The position numbers and the translations under genes are program-made. The notes under the pieces were generated by a model. It worked only from the letters and a program-made list of their open reading frames with translations, was not told the DNA's origin and searched no databases. From Alphaproteobacteria bacterium (GTDB taxonomy: Bacteria; Pseudomonadota; Alphaproteobacteria; UBA828): 64,000 nt of DNA. This document shows positions 19,967 to 28,687 of the stretch, piece by piece; position 1 is the stretch's first letter, and each line of letters starts with the position of its first letter. Where the stretch lies: the NCBI GenBank assembly GCA_965220745.1, contig CBDCQT010000011.1:384001-448000 (forward strand), written 5' to 3'.

Positions 19967-21061
19967 ATGGCGATCGACGTTGCGAAGGTGGAGATCAAGT
20001 CGGTCTCGGACGCCTCCGGCCTGGACGAGTTGATCGCGTCGGGCCGCATGGCGGCGGATGAGGTCGTGGCCGTGATCGGCAAGACGGAGGGCAACGGCGG
20101 GGTCAACGACTTCACCCGCATCCTGTCGGACACCGCCTTCCGCGGCGTCCTGCTCAGGCACGGCACGCGCAGCGAGGCCGAGGTCGGTGAAATCCCCATG
20201 GTCTGGTCCGGTGGCTGCGACGGCGTGCTCACCCCCCACGCGACCGTCTTCGCCAGCAACGACGAGACCGGGCCCGCGGATGCGGCGCGCCTCGCCATGG
20301 GGACTGCCATGAGCGCGCCGATCCTGCCGGAGGATATCGGTCGGCCTGCGATGGTGGAGAAGATCGCGGACGGCGTCCGCACGGCGATGGCTGACGCGGG
20401 GATCGGCGACCCGGCGGACGTCCACTACGTACAAACCAAGACTCCGCTGCTCACCATCGACACGGTGCGGGAGGCGCACGGGCGCGGCGAGACCGTGGCC
20501 TGCGAGGTCCATGAATCGATGGGGGTCTCCAACGGCACCACCGGTCTCGGCATCGCCGTCGCGCTCGGCGAGGTGAGCATGCCAAAGGCCGACGAAATCT
20601 GCCGCAATCTCGATCTCTATTCGTCGGTCGCCTCGTGCTCCTCTGGCGTCGAGCTTGAGCGCGGCCAGATCGTGCTCTTCGGCAACGCGCCGGGGGCCGG
20701 CGGGCGCTTCCGCATCGGCCACGGCGTGATGCAGGACGCGCTCGACATCGACGGCATCTACGACGGCATTCGCAATGCCGGCCTCGACCTGCCGGAGCGC
20801 CCACGCGCTGCCGACCTCGGCGGCAAGCTGGTGAACTGCTTCATCAAGTGCGAGGCCGACCGTACCGCGCGCCTGCGCGGGCGCCGCCAGATCATGCTGG
20901 ACGATTCCGACGTTCACCATCACCGCCATTCCAAGGGCGCGGTCGGCGGTGTCGCCGCAGCGGCAATCGGCGATCCCGCCGTGTTCGTCTCGGTCGATGC
21001 GATGCACCAGGGGCCCCAAGGCGGCGGCCCCGTGGTGGCGATCGTGGACGTAGGAGCCTAG
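19967..21061 (+). CDS. Ring-opening amidohydrolase (AtzD/barbiturase family), barbiturase-type
   Basis: [76 protein letters not shown]. Confidence 0.9.
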   Translation: MAIDVAKVEIKSVSDASGLDELIASGRMAADEVVAVIGKTEGNGGVNDFTRILSDTAFRGVLLRHGTRSEAEVGEIPMVWSGGCDGVLTPHATVFASNDETGPADAARLAMGTAMSAPILPEDIGRPAMVEKIADGVRTAMADAGIGDPADVHYVQTKTPLLTIDTVREAHGRGETVACEVHESMGVSNGTTGLGIAVALGEVSMPKADEICRNLDLYSSVASCSSGVELERGQIVLFGNAPGAGGRFRIGHGVMQDALDIDGIYDGIRNAGLDLPERPRAADLGGKLVNCFIKCEADRTARLRGRRQIMLDDSDVHHHRHSKGAVGGVAAAAIGDPAVFVSVDAMHQGPQGGGPVVAIVDVGA

Positions 21062-21067
21062 ACCCGT

Positions 21068-21799
21068 TTAATCCGCGTCGGCCTCAACCGGCGGCGCCCA
21101 GTGGCGCAGGGCGGCCGATTCGATGGTGCCGTCGGGCATCACGGTGCCGTCCAGATTGGCTTGGCCGAAGAAGGCGTCGGCCACCTCGGCCCCGCGAAAG
21201 TCCGCGCGGATCAGGTCGGCCTCGCGAAAGTTCGCCTCGCGCAGATTGGCGCCGGCCAGGTCCGCCGTGGCGAGCCGCGCGCGCTTGAAGCTCGCGCCCG
21301 AGAAATTCGCTTCGCGCAGGTTGGCGCCGATCAGCACCGCCTCCTCAAGCTTGGCGAGGCGCCCGTCGGCGCGGCCGAGATTGGCGTCCTCCAGGTCGGC
21401 GAGGCGGAGGTCGGCGCAGTAGAGCTCGGCACTGCTGAAGTCGGCCCCCTGGCACTTGGCGCCCGCGAGCTCGGCCTGCGCGAGATTGCACTCGGAGAGA
21501 ACGGCTCCACCGAGGTCCGCGACCTTGAGATCGGCGCTCCAGAGGTCGGCGCCCGCGAGCCGCGCGCCACGCAGGACGGCACCCTTGAACGTCGCGAGGC
21601 GCAGGTTCGCTCCGGTGAGATCGGCGTCGGTGAGGTCGGCGTTCCACAAGTCGACCTCGCGCAGGATGCTGCCGGCGAAACTCGCCCCGCGTAGGTCGGC
21701 CTGACGGAAATGAAAGCCCTGCAGGTCGAAGCGCGTGAGATCGGCACCGGCGAGCTTGCCGGCACGAATCTGATCCCCGTTCGGCCGCCAGCCCGTCAT
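21068..21799 (-). CDS. Pentapeptide repeat protein
   Basis: About 40 tandem A(D/N)Lxx units; ends LDGTVMPDG; start overlaps the upstream stop (ATGA). Confidence 0.9.
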   Translation of the reverse strand: MTGWRPNGDQIRAGKLAGADLTRFDLQGFHFRQADLRGASFAGSILREVDLWNADLTDADLTGANLRLATFKGAVLRGARLAGADLWSADLKVADLGGAVLSECNLAQAELAGAKCQGADFSSAELYCADLRLADLEDANLGRADGRLAKLEEAVLIGANLREANFSGASFKRARLATADLAGANLREANFREADLIRADFRGAEVADAFFGQANLDGTVMPDGTIESAALRHWAPPVEADAD

Positions 21800-22539
21800 T
21801 CCACCCCACCCGCCGTTTCGATACGGATCGGTGTTCCCACGCGGAGCCCGAGCAGACGGTCCGCCCGGCTCCGGTTGACCGCGATCTCGGCGAGGCCGTT
21901 CGCGTTCTCGTACCAGAAGGCCGCACCCGGCTCCGCGTCGGAGAACGTGCGTAGCCGCGCAAACCGCCGGGCACCGGCGGCAAGCGTCGCATCCCCCGGA
22001 AGGCGGGCCGCGCGCAGCCCCGTCATCGCGTTGCCGTAGGGGTCGATGTAGACGATCGCGGCGCGATCGGCAGGCCAGTCGGCGCCGACCGTCGCCGCGC
22101 CGTCGAGCGGCGTGCCGGGCACCGCCTCGCCGCGGGCGATCCGCGCCGCCACCGGCGCGAAGAGGTCGCGGCCGTGGAAGGAGGCGGAGAGGGTCGGCGG
22201 CTGCCAGGTGATCGTGAACCAGCGCGCATCGCGGGCGTGGCGGGCGACGATGGCGAGCAGGCCGTTGTCCGGGCCCACGTACCAGCGATCAGCGGCGTTG
22301 AGCGCGACCGGCGAACGGTCGCTGCCGACGCCCGGATCGACCACGCAAACGAAGACCGAACCCGATGGAAACGCAGGCGCGCAGGCCGCGAGCAGATAAG
22401 CCGCAGGCTCCGGTTCGCAGGCTGGCAGGTCGTCCGAGAGGTCGATTACGGGAATTCCCGGCGCCTCGCGCGCGAGCACGGCTTTCATCTGGCCCGTATA
22501 GGGTCCGCCCGGCCCGAAATCGGTAAAGAGAACGATCAC
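21796..22539 (-). CDS. SAM hydroxide adenosyltransferase (DUF62, SAM hydrolase type)
   Basis: GTG start MIVLFTDFG, VVDPGVGSDR, VGPDNGLL, SFHGRDLFAP, YIDPYGNAMT, LAEIAVN. Confidence 0.88.
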   Translation of the reverse strand: MIVLFTDFGPGGPYTGQMKAVLAREAPGIPVIDLSDDLPACEPEPAAYLLAACAPAFPSGSVFVCVVDPGVGSDRSPVALNAADRWYVGPDNGLLAIVARHARDARWFTITWQPPTLSASFHGRDLFAPVAARIARGEAVPGTPLDGAATVGADWPADRAAIVYIDPYGNAMTGLRAARLPGDATLAAGARRFARLRTFSDAEPGAAFWYENANGLAEIAVNRSRADRLLGLRVGTPIRIETAGGVE

Positions 22540-23351
22540 GCGTCGCCTGCACCGGGCGGTGGGTCGTCGAGGTTGTCCATCCCCATGTAAGTGTCGAAGG
22601 CGCCGTCGACGCCCAGAAGCTGCCCCGAAATGTGGCGGCCTGAATCGGAGCAAAGGTAGAGCGCGAGGTCCGCGATTTCCTGCTCGGCGATGCCGGTGCG
22701 CATGGCGATGTTGCTGAGGATCGCCGCCTCCATCTCCTCCACCGTGCGGCCCGCCGCTTCGGCTTTGGCGCGGATCACGCGTCTGCCCCGCTCGTTGAGG
22801 ATGTAGCCCGGCAGGATGGCGTTGACGCTGATGTTGGCGGGGCCGAGCTCGATCGCCAGCGTCTTGGTCAGGCCGGTGATCGCGAACTTGGAGGTGGCGT
22901 AAGGGAGCCTTAATGGAAAGCCGAGCCTGCCGGCGGTGGACGAGATGTTGACGATGGCACCGCGGCCGGCCTGGCGCATCAGCGGGACCGCGCGCCGCGC
23001 GCAATAGAACTGACCGGAGATGTTGACCGCAATCGTGCGGTCCCAGTCGGCGGGCTCAATCTGCTCGACCCGCGCGGTCGGGCCGGCGATTCCCGCGTTG
23101 TTGACGAGGACATCGACGCCGCCCATGGCTTCCGCTGCGACTTCGAACAACCGGTCGATCTGCACCGAATCGCCGACATCGGCGACGATCGCACCGATCC
23201 CTTTGCCCCGCACGTCTTCGACTAGGCCGGGCTGGATGTCGCAGGTGAAGACCGCTGCGCCGTTGGCCGCCAGTGTCTCCGCGATGACGCGCCCGATGCC
23301 CGAGCCGCCGGCGGTTACCACCGCGCGGCGCCCCTCACACGATATCTCCAT
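22536..23351 (-). CDS. SDR-family NAD(P)-dependent oxidoreductase
   Basis: TAGGSGIG, NNAGIAGP, NISS, YATSK, NAILPG. Confidence 0.9.
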   Translation of the reverse strand: MEISCEGRRAVVTAGGSGIGRVIAETLAANGAAVFTCDIQPGLVEDVRGKGIGAIVADVGDSVQIDRLFEVAAEAMGGVDVLVNNAGIAGPTARVEQIEPADWDRTIAVNISGQFYCARRAVPLMRQAGRGAIVNISSTAGRLGFPLRLPYATSKFAITGLTKTLAIELGPANISVNAILPGYILNERGRRVIRAKAEAAGRTVEEMEAAILSNIAMRTGIAEQEIADLALYLCSDSGRHISGQLLGVDGAFDTYMGMDNLDDPPPGAGDA

Positions 23352-23484
23352 GATCCGCTCCCGCTGCCGAAGAGGGCGCAAGAGTAACGGGCCGGGCTCG
23401 GCTTGCCGAGAGTGACGAACACACACCCGCAGATGCGGTGCTGGGCCATTTCGGCCGCAGGGCACGCTGCATAGAATGCGCGCC

Positions 23485-24609
23485 ATGGAACGCCATGATT
23501 TCCTGGTCGTCGGCGCCGGCATGGCCGGGGCTTCGGCAGCTTATTGGCTTGCCGAGCGGGGCCGCGTCGTCGTGCTCGAACAGGAGGACGCGGCCGGCTA
23601 TCACTCCACCGGGCGCTCCGCCGCCATGTACATGGAAACCTACGGCGGCCCGCTGACGCGGGGGCTGACCACCGCAGGCCGGGCCTTCCTCGCCGACCCG
23701 CCGTCGGGCTTCGCGGACTCGCCGCTGCTCGGCCCACAGCAGGTGCTCTACATTGGCCGCGCCGATCAACTCGAGGCCCTCGACCGGCTCTACGACGAGA
23801 ACAGCCCGCGCGTGCCGAGCCTCGCCCGCCTCGACGCCGCTGCGGCCCTTGGGCAGCCCGTGCCACTGCGCGAGGACTATGTTGCCGGCGGGGTGCTGGA
23901 GCCGGAGTCGCTGGAGATCGACGTCGCCGCCCTGCATCAGGGCTATCTGCGTGGCCTGCGAGCCCGAGGTGGCAGGCTGTTGACGGATGCGCGAGTGAGC
24001 GCGCTCGCCCGCAACGCCGATCTCTGGCACGCGGAGACGCCGGCGGGCGCCTTTGCCGCACCGGTCGTGATCAATGCCGCCGGTGCCTGGTGCGACGCCG
24101 TTGCCGCGCTTGCCGGTGTCGCGCCGATCGGCCTTGAGCCGAAGCGCCGGACCGCGTTCATCTTCGACGGGCCGGCGGATGGCGGTGTCGACCAATGGCC
24201 GATGGTGCACGACATCGACGATGCCTTTTACCTCAAGCCCGACGCCGGCCGGCTTCTGGCCTCGCCGGCCGACGAGACGCCCTCGGATCCCTGCGACGCG
24301 TATCCAGAAGAACTCGACATCGCCGTCGGCGCCGACCGCATCATGCAGGCCATGACCCTGGAGATCCGCCACATCCGCAACAAGTGGGCGGGCCTCAGGA
24401 GCTTCGTGCGCGATCGCCAGCCAGTCGCGGGCTTCGACGTTGCTGTCGAGGGTTTCTTTTGGCTGGCAGGTCAGGGCGGCGCCGGCATCATGACCGCGCC
24501 GGCGCTCGGTGCCATAACGGCAGCGATTGCCGCGGGCGATCCCTTGCCGGACGCCGCCGCCGCGCGCGGCATCACCGCCGCGCAGCTCAGCCCCGGCCGT
24601 CTACTCTGA
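23485..24609 (+). CDS. FAD-dependent oxidoreductase, D-amino-acid dehydrogenase (DauA-like)
   Basis: VVGAGMAG, GYHSTGRSAA, NAAGAWCD, LASPADE, WAGLRSF, LAGQGGAGI. Confidence 0.85.
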   Translation: MERHDFLVVGAGMAGASAAYWLAERGRVVVLEQEDAAGYHSTGRSAAMYMETYGGPLTRGLTTAGRAFLADPPSGFADSPLLGPQQVLYIGRADQLEALDRLYDENSPRVPSLARLDAAAALGQPVPLREDYVAGGVLEPESLEIDVAALHQGYLRGLRARGGRLLTDARVSALARNADLWHAETPAGAFAAPVVINAAGAWCDAVAALAGVAPIGLEPKRRTAFIFDGPADGGVDQWPMVHDIDDAFYLKPDAGRLLASPADETPSDPCDAYPEELDIAVGADRIMQAMTLEIRHIRNKWAGLRSFVRDRQPVAGFDVAVEGFFWLAGQGGAGIMTAPALGAITAAIAAGDPLPDAAAARGITAAQLSPGRLL

Positions 24610-24990
24610 CGAGGAGACGGGCTCGGCGATCACGCGAATTTCGTCGCCCTGTACGGCGTTGTAGAAGCAGGCCGGGCGGTTGGTATGGCAGGCAGGGCCG
24701 GTCTGATCGACCAACAGAAGCAGGGCGTCGCTGTCGCAGTCGAAACGCAGCTCGACCAGCCGCTGCGTGTGGCCCGAGCTCTCGCCCTTACGCCAGAGCG
24801 TTTGGCGCGAGCGCGACCAGTAGCAGACGCGGCCGGTCTTCAGTGTCTCACGCACCGCGTCCGCGTTCATCCAGGCGAGCATCAGCACCGCGCGGGTCTC
24901 GTGCGATTGCGCGATCGCGGGAATGAGCCCCGCGTCGTCGAAACGCAGCCGCTCGATCACCTCTTGGGCCAGGTCGGCGCTGGCCGTCAT
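24601..24990 (-). CDS. hisI: Phosphoribosyl-AMP cyclohydrolase
   Basis: VLMLAWMN, YWSRSRQTLWRKGESSG, DCDSD..GPACHT...CF. Confidence 0.95.
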   Translation of the reverse strand: MTASADLAQEVIERLRFDDAGLIPAIAQSHETRAVLMLAWMNADAVRETLKTGRVCYWSRSRQTLWRKGESSGHTQRLVELRFDCDSDALLLLVDQTGPACHTNRPACFYNAVQGDEIRVIAEPVSSSE

Positions 24991-25020
24991 CCGCCTTACT
25001 CCCTGAGCGAATGCGCGAAG

Positions 25021-25854
25021 CTAGTGCTCTGCCCGCGCCGAATCAACGACCCGTCCAAAGAAGACCGAGGCCAGCGCTGCGCCGCCGTGGCAGAGCGTGA
25101 AGAGCGCGAGCGCAGCGACCACGATCGACGGGCCGGACGGCGTATCCCAGGCGAGCGAGCCGTGTAGTCCCCCGGCCACCGCCACCGCCCCGATCGCGCT
25201 TGCGAGCAGCGCCATCTGTTCGGGCGAGCGGGCGAGTCTGCGCGCCGTCGCTGCCGGGATGATCAGCAGCGACACAATCAGGATCAGCCCGATGATTTTC
25301 ATGGCGATGGCGACCGCGAGGGCGATCAGGAGGGTGAAGACGATGCGGACGAGACCGGCCCGCACGCCTTCGGCACGCGCAAGCTCTTCGTGGACCGTGA
25401 CGGCCAGCAAGGGCCGCCAGATCAGCACCGTCGCCACAACCACTGCGCCGCCGCCGCCGTAGATCCAGATCAGGTCGCGGCCGGTGATGGCCAGGATGTC
25501 GCCAAACAGGTAAGTCATCAGGTCCACGCGCACGCTCTGCAGGAAGCTGATTCCGACGAGGCCGAGAGCCAGCGTGCCGTGTGCGAGGATGCCGAGGAGC
25601 GTGTCTGTGGCCAGTCGACGCTGCTGCTGGAGCAGGAGTAGCAGCAGGGCCAGCGCGACACACATGAGGATGATACCGCCGTTGAGGTCGATGCCGAGGA
25701 CGACGCCGAGCAGAACACCGAGCAGCGCGCTGTGAGCGATGGAATCGCCGAAATAGGCCATGCGCCGCCACACCATGAAGCAGCCGAGGGGCCCGGTGGC
25801 GAGCGCCACGCCGATGCCGCCCGCGAGCGCGCGCGCGAAGAAGTCGTCGAACAT
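25021..25854 (-). CDS. znuB: Zinc ABC transporter permease
   Basis: MFDDF..GPLGCFMVWRRMAYFGD..AH, DTLLGILAH, YLFGDILA, LLIIPAA. Confidence 0.92.
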   Translation of the reverse strand: MFDDFFARALAGGIGVALATGPLGCFMVWRRMAYFGDSIAHSALLGVLLGVVLGIDLNGGIILMCVALALLLLLLQQQRRLATDTLLGILAHGTLALGLVGISFLQSVRVDLMTYLFGDILAITGRDLIWIYGGGGAVVVATVLIWRPLLAVTVHEELARAEGVRAGLVRIVFTLLIALAVAIAMKIIGLILIVSLLIIPAATARRLARSPEQMALLASAIGAVAVAGGLHGSLAWDTPSGPSIVVAALALFTLCHGGAALASVFFGRVVDSARAEH

Positions 25855-25861
25855 GGCGCGG

Positions 25862-26707
25862 TCAACCGGTCCGGTCGGGTTCAAGACCGGCGTCGGGTGG
25901 GCCGTCCTCGACCGACGCCACCGCGATGGGGTGGTCGTGGCGGTGGGCGGGGTCGTGGGTGTAGACCGCGAGCGCGGCGGCTGCACCGGGGCCGAACAGC
26001 GAGATGTACTCGGGGTGCCGGCTCACCGCCTCGGGCTCGCCGGCGCAACAGACATGCCCGTTGATGCACACCACGCGGTCGGTCGCGCCCAACACCAAGT
26101 GGAGGTCGTGGGAGATGACCAGCACGCCGCAGCCGCGCCGATTCCGCAGGCGGGCGATCAATTGGTGCATGGCAAACTGGCCCGCGAAATCGACCTGCTG
26201 GATCGGCTCGTCCAGCACCAGCAGGTCGGGGTTACGAAGCAGCGCGCGGGCGAGCAGGACGCGCCTGAACTCGCCGCCGGAAACGTCGCTGAGCTGACGG
26301 TCGATCAGGGGCGCCGCTCCCACTTCGTCCAACACCGCGACGATATCGGCGCGGGCGCGCCGCCCCGCCATCGCGAGGAAGCGGCGTGCGGTAAGTGGCA
26401 GGAGCTCCTGCGGCTCGATCCGCTGAGGGACGTAGCCCACCACGACGCCGGGCGCGTGATGGACGACGCCCGCATCCGGCTTGATAAGGCCGAGCAGGGC
26501 GCGCACGGCCGTGGTTTTGCCGGCCCCATTCGGCCCGATCAGGCTCACCACCTCGCGGCGGCGGACCTCGATCGAGACCCGATCCAGCACCGTGCGCCCG
26601 CCGTAGCGCACGACCAGGTCGTGAGCCGAGGCGAGCGGCGCCCCTTCGGCGGTTTGCCGATGCGGGCGGGTCAGGGGGTCGGCGGAAGCGTCGCGCAGCG
26701 CGGACAT
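25862..26707 (-). CDS. znuC: Zinc ABC transporter ATP-binding protein
   Basis: GPNGAGKT, SGGEFRRVLLARAL, LDEP, SHDLH, CINGHVCC, His-rich C-terminus; start uncertain (this one overlaps zur). Confidence 0.9.
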   Translation of the reverse strand: MSALRDASADPLTRPHRQTAEGAPLASAHDLVVRYGGRTVLDRVSIEVRRREVVSLIGPNGAGKTTAVRALLGLIKPDAGVVHHAPGVVVGYVPQRIEPQELLPLTARRFLAMAGRRARADIVAVLDEVGAAPLIDRQLSDVSGGEFRRVLLARALLRNPDLLVLDEPIQQVDFAGQFAMHQLIARLRNRRGCGVLVISHDLHLVLGATDRVVCINGHVCCAGEPEAVSRHPEYISLFGPGAAAALAVYTHDPAHRHDHPIAVASVEDGPPDAGLEPDRTG

Positions 26708-27177
26708 CTGCCGTGAAGCTCGATAATCGAGCGAGAGAGCGCAAAGCTGGAGTCTGCCGCCTGGTCGGCAACGGCACGGTCGATACTCGCCGCATTCAGC
26801 TCCGATACGTCGCCGCAGCCTCCGCATATGAGGAATTGTGCGCTGTGGCGGTGGTCGGGCTGCGGGCAGCCGACGAAGGCGTTGAGGCTGTCGATTCGAT
26901 GGACCAGACCCTGGGCCATCAGGAACTCGAGGGCGCGGTACACGGTCGGCGGCTTCGCCGCGCCCACCGCATCGCCGAGCGCCGCGAGCAGATCATAGGC
27001 CTTGACCGCCCGATGGCTGCTCCAGACCAGCTCCAGCACCCTGCGCCGCAACGGGGTGAGACGAACGCCGCGCTCTCGGCACACGTCATCGGCGCGGGCG
27101 AGCGCGTCCTCGATACAGGCCCGATGCTCGTGCCCGCCATCGTGGAAGGCCGGCTTGTCGCCCCGCGTGGTGTTCAT
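26671..27177 (-). CDS. zur: Fur-family zinc uptake regulator
   Basis: HEHRAC, RLTPLRRRVLEL, KAYDLL, PPTVYRALEFL, FLIC..C, G.C..C; directly upstream of znuCB. Confidence 0.88.
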   Translation of the reverse strand: MNTTRGDKPAFHDGGHEHRACIEDALARADDVCRERGVRLTPLRRRVLELVWSSHRAVKAYDLLAALGDAVGAAKPPTVYRALEFLMAQGLVHRIDSLNAFVGCPQPDHRHSAQFLICGGCGDVSELNAASIDRAVADQAADSSFALSRSIIELHGRCPRCATLPPTP

Positions 27178-27227
27178 TCCTACCTCGATCGCGCCGCCCG
27201 CGGCCGTGACGCGCGGGGTCGGCAGGG

Positions 27228-27242
27228 CGTTACACTATAGCA
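27228..27242. promoter_or_regulatory. Putative Zur box
   Basis: CGTTACACTATAGCA, an imperfect palindrome resembling TGTTATnnnATAACA, about 50 bp upstream of zur. Confidence 0.5.
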
Positions 27243-27287
27243 AAGCCGTTGCGGATTGTTCAGCGACCAAGGGCGTTGCGGACGCCG

Positions 27288-28226
27288 TCAGCGCGCCCAG
27301 ATCGAGACGGTGCTGAGATAGGTGCGATTGTCGCGGTCGAGCGGATAAAAGATCGTGCTGTCGCGCCCGAACCAGCGCTCATAGATCTCGTCGTAGCGGC
27401 TGTTCGCGTCCTTGACGCCGGAGAACATGTCGATGATGACCCGGTTGACCGTGTCGCGCCACGGGCTGTCGTCCTGCGGCAGAACGCAGGCCAGCGTTTC
27501 CATGGCAAGCGCAAAGGTGCGCGGCAGCAGGACCACGCTGCGACGCGGTTCCTGCTTGGCTGCTAGCCCCAGCAGAGTGATGCCGATATTGGCGACTCCG
27601 CTCACCTCGCCTGCCGCAAGCGCGGTCATGGCGTCCTTCATGGTGGGGAAGAGATGCAGGTTGGCCGTGGGTAGCTGATCCTGGACGATCGTCACTGTGG
27701 TGGTGCCCTCGACCACCCCGATATCGAGCATTCCGAGGTCCACGCCACCCATAGCCTTTTCCCGATAAATCAGGATGCGCGTGCCGTCGCGGAAGAACGG
27801 CACGGAAAAGTCGACCAGCGCTTCCCGATCCCAGGTAGGCGTCGTGATGCCGCACACGATGTCGAGCTCGCCAGCAGCGACCCGCTCAAGCCGGTCAGCG
27901 GGCGTTACCTCGTGCAGTTCCAGCGCAACGGTCCGCCCCACCTTCTTCTCTGCGGCGGCGCGAATGGCCTCCAGCAGGTCGACTGAGAAGCCCTCGAAAC
28001 TGCCTGTTTCCAGCTTCCGGGCGAAGGGCGGTGCGCTCGCCCTGGTACCGGCGCGAATGACGCCCTCGGCTTCGATCTTGGCGAGTACGCCATCGGCGGC
28101 GGCGTGCGCCGGCGGTGCGAGTTGCGGCACGGCCAACGTCAGGAGAGCAAGCACAAGGCCAACGTATCGAACGGGCGACCAAGGGCGAGGCCGAGCGAGA
28201 TATCGACGTTCACCGAAGCCGGTCAT
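27288..28226 (-). CDS. Polar amino-acid ABC substrate-binding protein (SBP family 3)
   Basis: Signal peptide ..AVPQLAPPAHA; GTRASAPPF, GFSVDL, DIVCG..TWDRE..VDFS.PFF, GTTT; start 28226 tentative. Confidence 0.85.
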   Translation of the reverse strand: MTGFGERRYLARPRPWSPVRYVGLVLALLTLAVPQLAPPAHAAADGVLAKIEAEGVIRAGTRASAPPFARKLETGSFEGFSVDLLEAIRAAAEKKVGRTVALELHEVTPADRLERVAAGELDIVCGITTPTWDREALVDFSVPFFRDGTRILIYREKAMGGVDLGMLDIGVVEGTTTVTIVQDQLPTANLHLFPTMKDAMTALAAGEVSGVANIGITLLGLAAKQEPRRSVVLLPRTFALAMETLACVLPQDDSPWRDTVNRVIIDMFSGVKDANSRYDEIYERWFGRDSTIFYPLDRDNRTYLSTVSIWAR

Positions 28227-28687
28227 CACTACCCCCGAAGGTCTGTTGCCGCTCGCGAAGGTTCTTGGTGCACACACTGGTACCGCGTGCAGGGCGAGCA
28301 CTGGTAGAGCGACAGCAGAAACTGACTCCTCGCTGCTACTACGATACTCTATTTCGCGATTTAGCCATATCGGATAGGCTTTCGACTCGTTGCGGCAAGG
28401 GGGCACCGCGGCAACGGCCCGGAAGGCCATCGGCATGATCCGCCGATCTTTCCTCGGCCCGTCAAATCGAGTTGGCACGATGATTCACGCGACGATCATC
28501 GACATCCGACGCGCTGCAGCCAAGGCTTCTCGCCGGGCCTCCATGGTGAATACGGCTTCGGCGCGGACAAGTTGATGCGATCGCGCGCTCGAGTCTCTCG
28601 CTCTGACAGGGAGGTTGCCGAGGACGGCGGCCACTCCAACGACATTCCCATTCCCGAATCGGCAAATTCGCACCTGCGGGTTGGCGC

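Noticed and set aside
19967-21061. Atrazine-pathway atzD (cyanuric acid hydrolase)
   Set aside because: Diagnostic residues match the barbiturase branch; no biuret or allophanate hydrolase is nearby
21130-21770. 15-bp DNA periodicity
   Set aside because: Fully explained by the pentapeptide-repeat coding sequence
21796-22539. SAM-dependent fluorinase/chlorinase
   Set aside because: Has FHGRD and the Asp/Arg/His triad of DUF62 hydrolases rather than the FlA/SalL residues
26671-26707. 37-bp zur/znuC overlap as a frameshift or recoding signal
   Set aside because: Both proteins look complete; most likely start-codon uncertainty or an ordinary overlap
28472-28488. sigma54 promoter TTGGCACG-N4-TTCA
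   Set aside because: The -12 element lacks the essential GC of TTGC
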